From positions 1 through 46,150 of the forward strand of contig RFFQ01000134.1 in assembly GCA_003697105.1 (NCBI GenBank): 46,150 nt of DNA, read 5' to 3'. The stretch is from Gemmatimonadota bacterium (GTDB taxonomy: Bacteria; 4572-55; J002). The position numbers and the translations under genes were made by a program. The notes beneath the pieces are model-generated. The model had not been told where the DNA came from. It did not search any database and saw only the letters and a program-made list of their open reading frames with translations. Positions 18,163-27,052 of the stretch are shown here, piece after piece. Position 1 is the stretch's first letter, and the number at the start of each line of letters is the position of its first letter.

Positions 18163-19350
18163 TCACGCCAGCGGGGGTTCTAAGAGAGCGCGAAAACTCT
18201 GTCCAGAAAGACCTGCCGGGACACATTGAAAATAATCAGCGATGGTCTGACCGACATCAGCAAACGTAGATCGCACCCCTAAATTGACCGCTTGTCGCCC
18301 GTACACCAGAAGGGGCACATATTCCCGGCTGTGATCCGTGCTGGGGGTCGTGGGGTCGTTGCCATGATCCGCGGTGATGATCAGCAAGGTCTGGTCATCT
18401 ATTTGATCAAGAATGGCGGGCAAAGATCGATCAAATTCTTGCAAGGCGCCATAAAAGCCTACCGGGTCATTCCGGTGCCCGAATTCGGTATCAAAATCAA
18501 CCAGATTGGTCATGATAAAGCCGTGTGACATTGTTTTAAGCTGGTGTAATGTCTGCTGGATACCGTCCTGATTGCTTTTCGTCGGGTAATGGTGATCGAT
18601 GCCCCGTTGGGCAAACAGATCGCCGATTTTCCCGATGGCAATTGTGGGAATGCCCGCCTCATGCAACCGGTCAAATAGGGTTTGACCGGTGGGGGGTAGC
18701 GAAAAATCATGCCGGTGTTCGGCAACTCGCTGGTAAGTACCGGAGGTGCCCACAAAGGGACGGGCGATGACACGCCCGACGGCATGTTCCCCAACACAAA
18801 TTTCCTCCCGGACGATGCGGCACATCTCGTAAAGCCGTTCCAAGGGGATGACCTCCTCATGCGCCGCAATCTGAAAGACACTATCCGCACTGGTATAAAC
18901 AATGGGTTTGCCAGTGCGGACGTGCTCATCTCCGAGTTCCAAAATAATGGCGGTTCCAGACGCCGTTGTATTACCAATTAGGTCAAGCCCTGTTTTTTCC
19001 CGAAACGCCGCGATCACCTCTGGTGGAAATCCCTTGGGGTAGGTGGGGAACGGTTGGTTAAGGATCAAACCACAGATTTCCCAATGTCCGGTGGTACTAT
19101 CCTTCCCTGCCGCTTGCTCCTGCATTTTACCGTAAGCCGCCGCGGGTGATTCCACCGGAGCGACACCCAGAATCGGGTGAATATTGCCTAACCCCATCTG
19201 TTGCAAGTTGGGTAACTGAAATCCGCCGACGGCTTGGGCACAATTTGCCAAGGTATCACTGCCTTCGTCGTGGTAATGGGCGGCATCGGGCAGTTCACCG
19301 CACCCGACACCATCCAAAATAATACAACAGACCCGTTGAATGATTGACAT
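18163..19350 (-). CDS. deoB: Phosphopentomutase
   Basis: LDGVGCGELPDA, GKDSTTGHWE, YTSADSVFQIAAHE, NLVDFD..GHRND, ADHGNDPT...TDHSREYVP. Confidence 0.96.
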   Translation of the reverse strand: MSIIQRVCCIILDGVGCGELPDAAHYHDEGSDTLANCAQAVGGFQLPNLQQMGLGNIHPILGVAPVESPAAAYGKMQEQAAGKDSTTGHWEICGLILNQPFPTYPKGFPPEVIAAFREKTGLDLIGNTTASGTAIILELGDEHVRTGKPIVYTSADSVFQIAAHEEVIPLERLYEMCRIVREEICVGEHAVGRVIARPFVGTSGTYQRVAEHRHDFSLPPTGQTLFDRLHEAGIPTIAIGKIGDLFAQRGIDHHYPTKSNQDGIQQTLHQLKTMSHGFIMTNLVDFDTEFGHRNDPVGFYGALQEFDRSLPAILDQIDDQTLLIITADHGNDPTTPSTDHSREYVPLLVYGRQAVNLGVRSTFADVGQTIADYFQCVPAGLSGQSFRALLEPPLA

Positions 19351-19375
19351 TGCTGGTTCCTTTTTCGACGTGTTT

Positions 19376-19406
19376 AAAACCCCGGTCGCGCTACACTGGC
19401 CGGGGT
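19376..19406 (-). terminator. Probable terminator after the LysM-FecR gene
   Basis: Minus strand ACCCCGGCC-loop-GACCGGGGT (one mismatch) followed by TTT. Confidence 0.55.
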
Positions 19407-19429
19407 ATTTTCATTAAGATGTGGCTGGT

Positions 19430-21730
19430 TTAAAACGTGAATTCTTGCCGGTTACCCAGATAATCTTCTAAGATGATCTGCTTAAAATCGATTCGCCCTT
19501 GCACTGTGTTGGGGATGGTGACGGTTGCTTGGTACAATCCTTCTTGTTGCGAGCGGCGCGTGAGGACGCCGGAATATTGAAAATTATCTGGACCTTTTAG
19601 GGTATAGGTCACGGTTTGATGTAGCCCTGTGCCGGTATCTCTGGCATATACTCGTAATTCAATGGTTTCACCGCCATAAACGGTGCTAGGAGAGACGGAA
19701 TGCGAGAGCAACTCTGGGGGTTGGGTATCACAAAAAATGGATTCTGTTTTGTGGAATTCGTTCCCCACGGCATCCACTGCCACAAAGATGAGTTCATTTT
19801 CGCCTTCTTCCAACCGTACCGTTTTTTCAAACATGCCGGAGGTAAGCGGAATTTCTTCTCCATTCAGCATTAATATTTCTGCTTCGTCCACCCGTCCGGA
19901 AAAGGTAATGATATTCTGGTTGGTTGGATTGCTGTTCGTTGATTTACGCAGGCTGAGGCGCGGTGGTTGGCTGTCCAACGTGATCCGTTTGATGAGTTGG
20001 GTCTCTTGACCGGCACGGTCTCGAGCGGTTAGCACAATGGTATTGATGCCTTCACTCAACACGACCGTGGTATTAAATTTTCCGTTGCTATCGGTGGGTA
20101 TGGGACGTTTGTTGATGGTCAAGGTGGCGTCTGTATCCACATAGCCATTAAGAGGATACACTTTGAGGTTTGTCGCGATTTCGGTTTCCGGCAATTCGGG
20201 TATCCGGATCGTGGGCGGGGTTGTATCCAGATAGACGGTGCGAGTTTGGCGGTTTTCCAAGCCCAATTTATCCACTGCTAAAATTTCGATTTGATTTTCC
20301 CCTTCATTCAGTTCATAAGGATAGCTAAAACTTCCATCCGCCGCAGGTTGCACCGTATATTTTCGGTTAATGGTAACCACAACTTCTGGTTCGGTTTTCC
20401 CTTCCAAAACGATCTCCGGTGTCAACACCAACTGGTGTTGCTGGGGTTTATAAATAATGAGCGCGGGCGGTGTTTCATCAAAAAAGATTGTAAATTTTTG
20501 GGCGGGGCAATAAATCCCCGGAAAATCGTCCTGATCCACTGCTTGAACCCGCCAGTAGTAGGTGCCATTTTGCAACAAGGGGGTTTCAAATTCCAAAACG
20601 GTCAACCCGTCGGCATTAATGACTAGATTTCGGAGTAAGGGGTCTTTGCCGATTTGGATATTGTATTCTTTGGCGTCTTCAACCGCTTCCCATTTGAGGA
20701 GTGACCGTTTCCCAAAAATGCGTTCTCCCGATTCGGGTGCCACCGGTTGGGGGGCGGGAAGCAGATCCCGGGGGGGTTCGGGAGGCGTGTTAGGCATCAC
20801 TTTTGTTCCTTGAAACTGTTTGAGTTGCACCGTTTCTCCCCCGCTAGAAACATCGATTTTGCCGCCCTCATCATAGACCACTACCCGGGTAGCGGCATCT
20901 TCTTTTGCCACATCCACTTGAAATTCTTTGGATTTACTATCGATGGTCACTCCGGTACCCGTGACCACCTCTACTTCGTCCTGAGCGCCTAAACCCTGAA
21001 GTTGCGCCGACAGGTCGCCTTCTAACAAGACCACTTGCGCTTTTGCCGCTCGTTTGCGGACATCCATTTGTAATTTGCGGATAACTGCCAGTGAATTCTC
21101 ATCAATTCGGAGTACATTGCCTTTCAGAAAGACCACATCGGCATGGGAGCGCTCAAATGTGCGGATTTTCTCGTCCGTAAACAACTTTTGATTCAATTCC
21201 GCGTCCACCCAATCTAAATCTTCTTCTTTTTTTGTCTCAACCGAGCCGCGCATATCGGCAATGACAGCTTCAATCCCTTTTGTGGTCATGGATTGGGAAA
21301 GTTCGTTGGCATAATCCCCTTTTTGCGCCGCCCCCACAGCAAACAAACGTGCGGAGTAATATTGTCCTTTACGAAAGGCATCTTGTGCTTTATTCAGGAG
21401 TTCCTGAGCCGCGATTAGGGCATCTGGCGCAAAAATTTGAGCCCCATTTTCAATGGCTTTATCTACCGACTGCGCGGCAGAAGCAATCTGTTCCCGTGCC
21501 CGTGAAACGGAATTAGCCGGAATACGGAGTTTTTGCCCCACGCGCAACTGGGTTGTTTTCAGGTCATTAAACTTGACTAAATCTTCCCACTGATCGGCAT
21601 CTCCAAGGTACTCTTCAGCGATTTTGCGCCAAGTATCGCCCTCTTTTACGGTGACAAGTACCACATTTTCTTCCGCCAATACCGGTATGGAAATGATGCT
21701 GATGAGCCATATTATCAAGAGTTTTTGCAT
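19430..21730 (-). CDS. Secreted LysM / DUF4398-like / FecR / FN3 / Ig-repeat protein
   Basis: Signal peptide; LysM VTVKEGDTWRKIA..N....LRVGQKLRIP; FecR-like GSV...W......DEKIRT...S; YYWRVQAVD FN3; repeated L.EG.N.I...A.D..G Ig units. Confidence 0.78.
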   Translation of the reverse strand: MQKLLIIWLISIISIPVLAEENVVLVTVKEGDTWRKIAEEYLGDADQWEDLVKFNDLKTTQLRVGQKLRIPANSVSRAREQIASAAQSVDKAIENGAQIFAPDALIAAQELLNKAQDAFRKGQYYSARLFAVGAAQKGDYANELSQSMTTKGIEAVIADMRGSVETKKEEDLDWVDAELNQKLFTDEKIRTFERSHADVVFLKGNVLRIDENSLAVIRKLQMDVRKRAAKAQVVLLEGDLSAQLQGLGAQDEVEVVTGTGVTIDSKSKEFQVDVAKEDAATRVVVYDEGGKIDVSSGGETVQLKQFQGTKVMPNTPPEPPRDLLPAPQPVAPESGERIFGKRSLLKWEAVEDAKEYNIQIGKDPLLRNLVINADGLTVLEFETPLLQNGTYYWRVQAVDQDDFPGIYCPAQKFTIFFDETPPALIIYKPQQHQLVLTPEIVLEGKTEPEVVVTINRKYTVQPAADGSFSYPYELNEGENQIEILAVDKLGLENRQTRTVYLDTTPPTIRIPELPETEIATNLKVYPLNGYVDTDATLTINKRPIPTDSNGKFNTTVVLSEGINTIVLTARDRAGQETQLIKRITLDSQPPRLSLRKSTNSNPTNQNIITFSGRVDEAEILMLNGEEIPLTSGMFEKTVRLEEGENELIFVAVDAVGNEFHKTESIFCDTQPPELLSHSVSPSTVYGGETIELRVYARDTGTGLHQTVTYTLKGPDNFQYSGVLTRRSQQEGLYQATVTIPNTVQGRIDFKQIILEDYLGNRQEFTF

Positions 21731-21786
21731 ACTACCAACCTCATTAACGCGCTCTTAGCCATCCCTGCCGGTTCGCTTGAAACGCG

Positions 21787-21815
21787 TTGCATTTTCTATG
21801 GATTCCTATTATATT
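21787..21815 (+). promoter_or_regulatory. Possible sigma70 promoter for the ABC permease gene
   Basis: TTGCAT-17 nt-TATATT. Confidence 0.45.
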
Positions 21816-21822
21816 TTTCAGT

Positions 21823-21851
21823 ACTATACAGCGAATAAAAATTAAAGTCAA
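21823..21851 (-). promoter_or_regulatory. Sigma70-type promoter for the LysM-FecR gene
   Basis: Minus strand TTGACT-17 nt-TATAGT. Confidence 0.6.
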
Positions 21852-21874
21852 GCTGAAATCAGGTAGGAAGCCGT

Positions 21875-22618
21875 ATGAGCAAGAAGTTGATCGACCTGCG
21901 ACAATCTGGTATTTTAGCCGATCGTTATTTTGATGTTATGATGGGAGATTTCAAAAGTCTTTTGTTGATGGTGGCTCAAGCGGTTTTTCTTGCAGGGTTG
22001 GTTTCGCTGGTGTGGGAAAACATCGGGCGGGCAACGGATACGCTCTATTTTGTGCTGGTTCTGATCGCCATTTGGCTTGGTTGTACCAATGCGTGCCGGG
22101 AGATTGTCAAAGAGCAAGCCATTTTTTTCCGCGAACGGATGGTCAACCTGAACATTGGAGCGTATGTCTTCTCCAAAATTCGGGTACTGGCGATGATTGG
22201 TTTTGTGCAGTGCCTGTTGCTCCTGATGATTGTCCATTATTACGTGCATCTGAGTGGCAATAAATTGCTTATTTTCCTAACACTTTATCTCAGTGCGTTG
22301 GTTGCTTCCTTGCTGGGATTAGTCCTCTCCGCAATTACCGACAGCGAAGCGGCGGCGGTCTTTTTAGTGCCGCTGGTGGTCATCCCACAGATTTTGCTCT
22401 CCGAAATCATCTTACCACCCGCTTTACAAAGCGGCATCACCGCTTGGTTGGAAAAATTGATGATCCTAAAATGGGGGTATCACAGCTTGACTGAAATTAC
22501 AGATACCTCCGTGCGTTATCTGCTTATTTTACGTGATTTTGCAATTTTGGCAGGTTTTGGTCTCAGCTTATTTGCCTTAGCGACCATCCTGCTGACATTC
22601 AAACCGAACCGGTTATAG
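21875..22618 (+). CDS. ABC-2/ABCG-type transporter permease (stand-alone)
   Basis: WLGCTNACREIVKEQAIFFRERMVNL...Y..SK and P..IPQILLS motifs; about 6 TM. Confidence 0.8.
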   Translation: MSKKLIDLRQSGILADRYFDVMMGDFKSLLLMVAQAVFLAGLVSLVWENIGRATDTLYFVLVLIAIWLGCTNACREIVKEQAIFFRERMVNLNIGAYVFSKIRVLAMIGFVQCLLLLMIVHYYVHLSGNKLLIFLTLYLSALVASLLGLVLSAITDSEAAAVFLVPLVVIPQILLSEIILPPALQSGITAWLEKLMILKWGYHSLTEITDTSVRYLLILRDFAILAGFGLSLFALATILLTFKPNRL

Positions 22619-22626
22619 GGGCAATT

Positions 22627-23091
22627 ATGCGGAAAACAGTACTCTTTTTTATCATGTTGGTGGTCATTGGTGGGGGGATTTACCTATTTACAGGCAAATT
22701 TAGTGGCGTTGATCTGGGCTTACTACAATTTGTCTTTAGTGAGGATAAAAAAGTATTAGCGGAATTAACCGAGCAGTTTTTTGAGGATATCCGTTTTAAG
22801 GATTTTGAAAAAGCGGCTTCGTACCATTCCCAAGAAGACCAAGAACGGGTGAATATCCCGAAATTGATTGAACGGATGTTTAAAATCAAACCAGAAGTGC
22901 TGGACATTATGCACTATGAAGTGACGGATGTCGAGCTGGATAAATCCGGTTATCGGGCACGGGTACACGTGATTAGCACGGTTAAAATGCTAAATACAGA
23001 TAATGTGAAAGAGCCGGAAGTGATTATCTACTGGCAAAAAGATGATCAGGGAACATGGCATATGAAGCTAGAGTCCTCCCTCAAGCCATAA
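22627..23091 (+). CDS. Membrane-anchored hypothetical protein (NTF2/SnoaL-like pattern possible)
   Basis: N-terminal TM anchor; FFEDIRFKDFEKAASY helix followed by beta strands ending YWQK...WHM. Confidence 0.7.
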   Translation: MRKTVLFFIMLVVIGGGIYLFTGKFSGVDLGLLQFVFSEDKKVLAELTEQFFEDIRFKDFEKAASYHSQEDQERVNIPKLIERMFKIKPEVLDIMHYEVTDVELDKSGYRARVHVISTVKMLNTDNVKEPEVIIYWQKDDQGTWHMKLESSLKP

Positions 23092-23094
23092 CGG

Positions 23095-23124
23095 GCGGGT
23101 GTGAATCCAACACCTGCTTCTTAT
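23095..23124 (+). terminator. Possible terminator between convergent genes
   Basis: GCGGGTGT / ACACCTGC stem followed by TTCTTAT. Confidence 0.4.
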
Positions 23125-23180
23125 CCCAAAACGTATCCTGATTTGTCTCACCTGCTACATCCCCCGCCGTAACCCGCTTG

Positions 23181-24053
23181 TTAATAGGTGCGTGCCATTG
23201 CTCCGGCAAGGTAGCCCGCTTTCATGTGTTTCTGGGTGAAAAAGATAAAGATAATAACCGGAATCATCATGATGACAGAGACGGTACTGGCTTGTAACGG
23301 ATTTTTGTTGGCGCCAAGTAACATACTGGAGGCTAACGTCACGATGGTTTGGGTTTCGGTGCCACCTAAATACATTGTCAACACGAATTCATCCCATGAA
23401 CGCAAAAAGGCGAAAATGGAGGCGACGGCAACTCCCGGCAGTGCCATCGGTATTGTGACCCGTACGAGGGTTTGGAAGCGATTGCAACCGAGCGTATATG
23501 CCGCTTCTTCGAGCGTGGTGGGGATCGATTGAAAAATACCGTAAAGGACAAACAGCACATACGGTATTGCCCGCATGGAGTGGATGAAAATCAAGCCATG
23601 ATAGGTGTTGAGCAGGTTGAGATCAAAGTACATTTTATACAGGGCATTCGCATAGAGCAAATCCGGGAGCATGATAAAGAACGTGAAACTCCACCAGAAA
23701 AACATCCGCCCGCGGAATTTAAATCGGGAGAAACCAAATGCTGCCGGTGCAGCAATGACCAAACTCAGAAACGTCGTGGCAATGGCGATGATGATGCTGT
23801 TTTTTAGCGTATGCAACACTTGGGGTTTCGACTCAAATAAATCCTTAAAATGGTAAAATAGACTCCCATTTTGTCCCCATTCTGGCGGTACCAATCGATG
23901 ATTTTCTCGGGGGAAATTTTTCTCATTAGAAAAAGGATAAACCGTAACCGTGTACACCGGAAAAAGAAAGCCAAAAATGGTGAAGATCACCAGTAAGACG
24001 GCGATGGTTCGGGTGGCATATTTCCACAAGCGGTCCATAAATTCATTTGGCAT
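23181..24053 (-). CDS. Carbohydrate ABC transporter permease (MalG-like)
   Basis: NSIIIA, AAFGFSRFKFRGR, EAA loop IPTTLEEAAYTLGC, WDEF. Confidence 0.88.
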   Translation of the reverse strand: MPNEFMDRLWKYATRTIAVLLVIFTIFGFLFPVYTVTVYPFSNEKNFPRENHRLVPPEWGQNGSLFYHFKDLFESKPQVLHTLKNSIIIAIATTFLSLVIAAPAAFGFSRFKFRGRMFFWWSFTFFIMLPDLLYANALYKMYFDLNLLNTYHGLIFIHSMRAIPYVLFVLYGIFQSIPTTLEEAAYTLGCNRFQTLVRVTIPMALPGVAVASIFAFLRSWDEFVLTMYLGGTETQTIVTLASSMLLGANKNPLQASTVSVIMMIPVIIFIFFTQKHMKAGYLAGAMARTY

Positions 24054-24948
24054 GAGTTAGCCCTCCTTGGGCGCGTTTCCGCACCCAGTGGTAGGATATG
24101 TACATTGCACCCACCAGCATCACAAAGCCGAGGGCAAGCATCACCATTGATAACCCGTATGCTGACGAAATGGATTCCGGGCGCATGGCATTCGCCGCAC
24201 GATTATGCTCGTCCCATGAGAGTTTGCTGAGAACATCTCCCATCGTGCCCGTTCCAACCAGCACCGGAAACGCAAACATTTTGAAGGCTTCCGCCAGGCG
24301 TAGGATGAACGCCACAAAAACTGAGGGCCACGCCAGCGGTAATGTGATTCGCCAGAATTGTTGCCACTTATTTGCCCCCATTGTCCGGGCGGCTTCATAG
24401 ACGCTGTCCGGGATACCCTCCAAACCCGCTAAAATCACCAACACCGCCAGAGGTGTATTTTTCCAGACCTCCGCATAAATGATCGGGATCGTCGTCGTCA
24501 TGTAGGGAATGTCTTTATCCACCCAGCCCAGCGTATCGGTGATTAATCCGTTCAATGTGCCCATATTGCCAAACATGGTCACGATACCAATTGCAGAGAC
24601 TAGCAGAGGGATCGACATCGGTAAGATCACAATTGTACGCAACACCCCGCGCCCTTTAAATTTCATGTTGAGCAAAATGGCGATGAATAACCCTAACACC
24701 GTCTGGATGGTGATTGTGGTCAGGACGTAATACGTCGTTAAGCGGGCGGATTTCCAGAACCGCTGACCATCTTCGATCAGCACCCATTTCCAAGTGTCCA
24801 ATGTTGGAAATACGCCTTCGGTAAACGGGGCAGAAAAGGAGAGTTTCACTGCCAATAATGAGGGAATCAGCAGGAAGAACGCCATGTATAAATAGGCGGG
24901 ACCTACATAAATGTAAGGTAATAGTTTGTCCGGTACACGAAATTTCAT
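24043..24948 (-). CDS. Carbohydrate ABC transporter permease (MalF-like)
   Basis: LLNMKFKGRG..R...LP, EVWKNTP, EAA loop IPDSVYEAARTMGANKWQQFWRITLP. Confidence 0.88.
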   Translation of the reverse strand: MKFRVPDKLLPYIYVGPAYLYMAFFLLIPSLLAVKLSFSAPFTEGVFPTLDTWKWVLIEDGQRFWKSARLTTYYVLTTITIQTVLGLFIAILLNMKFKGRGVLRTIVILPMSIPLLVSAIGIVTMFGNMGTLNGLITDTLGWVDKDIPYMTTTIPIIYAEVWKNTPLAVLVILAGLEGIPDSVYEAARTMGANKWQQFWRITLPLAWPSVFVAFILRLAEAFKMFAFPVLVGTGTMGDVLSKLSWDEHNRAANAMRPESISSAYGLSMVMLALGFVMLVGAMYISYHWVRKRAQGGLTHAK

Positions 24949-24997
24949 CCGGTGTATGCCTCCTCCCTAAAGGTTAGCGGATGATCGATTGGCGTCT

Positions 24998-27049
24998 TTA
25001 CGGTGCCACGGGGGGGCGGTTGGGTTGTGAACGCCGGTCGAGGGGCAGATCATCCAGATTTTCGATGCGAACAGAATCTGGCAAGTCATCCATCACCGGG
25101 GTATCAAGCTGTTGTTCTTCCGTGGTGGTGTCTGGCGTTGCCGCTTCCCATGTATTTAAGCGTCCATGTTGGGATTCCTCCGGCGGGCGGGGCGATATTG
25201 AATCCGCAATTGCCGGTACTGGCGGCACGTTTCCCAAGGGTTCTGGCGGGGATTCTGAGGTCAACTTGACGGCGGCAATCTTTTTCCGGGCAGTTCGCCC
25301 GTATTCCGTATTGGGGAAGCTGTCTTGAATCGCCTGGTACAAATTCACCGCGATTTCTGGCTCCTTTTTGTAGTGCTCGTAAATATAGGCGCGTGCATAC
25401 CACGCTTGAGGCACATAAACGGAAGTGGGATAGTCTTCGATGACTTTTAAATAAAGGTCAAGAGCTTGATCATAATTCCCTTGATCCAGTTGAGCCTCGG
25501 CATTCTGAAACAGCACTTTATCGGGCTTTTCTTCGATTTCGGTCTTTTCGAGTGGTAATCCAAGGGCTTCTCGGGCGGGATTGGCATACCGGGTTTGCGG
25601 GTAATCCGTTATGATTCGACGGTACATCTGTTGAGAACGCACACTGTCGCGGTACGCCGGTTCGGGATCATGGGCGTAAATCCAGCCGAGCGCATAGAGT
25701 GCTTGGGGGGCGAATTCGCTTTCAGGGAACTCTGTTACAACACTTTGATATTGTGCCAACGCGGAATCCTTTTCTCCCACTTGAAAATAATAGGTTTCCG
25801 CTAAGAGAAAGCGGGTTCGAGCTTGTTGATCGGCTTCGGGATGGGTGGTGGTGCTATCCCCACTCGTCGGGCGGAATTCCGAGAGCTTTGTAATGCTGTT
25901 GCTCCGACGCAAAGCATCTTCTATAATGGCATCCGGGGTGGCGCGTTTACCTCGCACGGCGTCGTATGCCTTACGGGCGCTTTCCAGATCGCCTAAATCT
26001 TCCTGATAAATCAAGCCTAATTGGTACTGGGCTTCACCGTGGGCGGTCTGCATGGTGTTATCTTCCAACAACTGCTTTAGCAGGTCAATTGCCACTTGCG
26101 GGCTTTCTAAATAGCGCAGGCACTGCGCTATTTTGAGTTGGCAACGGGCGATATTTTCCGTTTCATTCCGGTTTTGAGCCTCGCGGAGCAACCGTTCGTA
26201 GATCGTCATGGCGGAGGAATACTCTTTTAACTGCAAATGGCACTCACCTAGTCGAAATCGAGCTTCAAAGGCGACTTCCCGATCCGGTTTGTACCGGAGT
26301 ACCTGCCCGTAGGCAAATTTTGCTTTGTCAAACTGCCCGGTTACAAATGCCGCCTCTCCTGCTTTGAACTGGGCTTCTGCCCGTAATGGACTTTTGCGAT
26401 ACTGTGCTGCCACCCGGCGATAGGCTTGTTCCGCTTCGGCGTAGCGTTCTAGGGCAAAATACGCATCCCCCATCGTGTAAAACGCATCATCCGTCCAGAT
26501 ACTCTCTGGAAATTGGGTTTCAAAGATAAGCAATGTGTTAATTGCCCCTTCATAATCTTTCTTCAAAAAGCGGGTGAGTCCGATCCCATACTCCGTATCA
26601 TCGCGGAAATCACTATTCGGGTAATAAATACGGATTTCTTCATATTTCCGTAGAGCTTCATCATATTCACCTTTGTGGCGGTAGGATTCGGCGATCATAA
26701 AAATGGCATCATCCACCAGATCGCTTTGGGGGTATTTGGTAATCAGTTTAAAGCCTTTCTGAATCACGTAATCGAAACCCGTTTTGGGTGCGTTGCGGCG
26801 GTTCGTGGTGGGGGTGTTATTTCGGCGATTGTAGGATGTGGCGGATCGGTTGGGAGTAAAGCGAGAATCTCCGGTTATGTTTGATGTTTCCTTGTCCACA
26901 TAGAGTTGCCGTTCCTGACGTGCTTGTGCCTCATTGACGGCTTTTTCAAATGCTTCTTTCATGTTATGAAAGGTATTAAAACGGGCACAACCGGCGAATC
27001 CCATCAGCAAAACGAGTAAACTGAGGGCAAAAAGAAGGCGTTGATTCAT
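24998..27049 (-). CDS. TPR lipoprotein (BamD/YfiO-type repeats; SprE/PorW-like)
   Basis: Lipobox FAGC then FNTFHN; many TPRs with YP.S...DDA, FPESEFAPQALY; Pro/Thr-rich tail. Confidence 0.78.
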   Translation of the reverse strand: MNQRLLFALSLLVLLMGFAGCARFNTFHNMKEAFEKAVNEAQARQERQLYVDKETSNITGDSRFTPNRSATSYNRRNNTPTTNRRNAPKTGFDYVIQKGFKLITKYPQSDLVDDAIFMIAESYRHKGEYDEALRKYEEIRIYYPNSDFRDDTEYGIGLTRFLKKDYEGAINTLLIFETQFPESIWTDDAFYTMGDAYFALERYAEAEQAYRRVAAQYRKSPLRAEAQFKAGEAAFVTGQFDKAKFAYGQVLRYKPDREVAFEARFRLGECHLQLKEYSSAMTIYERLLREAQNRNETENIARCQLKIAQCLRYLESPQVAIDLLKQLLEDNTMQTAHGEAQYQLGLIYQEDLGDLESARKAYDAVRGKRATPDAIIEDALRRSNSITKLSEFRPTSGDSTTTHPEADQQARTRFLLAETYYFQVGEKDSALAQYQSVVTEFPESEFAPQALYALGWIYAHDPEPAYRDSVRSQQMYRRIITDYPQTRYANPAREALGLPLEKTEIEEKPDKVLFQNAEAQLDQGNYDQALDLYLKVIEDYPTSVYVPQAWYARAYIYEHYKKEPEIAVNLYQAIQDSFPNTEYGRTARKKIAAVKLTSESPPEPLGNVPPVPAIADSISPRPPEESQHGRLNTWEAATPDTTTEEQQLDTPVMDDLPDSVRIENLDDLPLDRRSQPNRPPVAP

Positions 27050-27052
27050 GGG

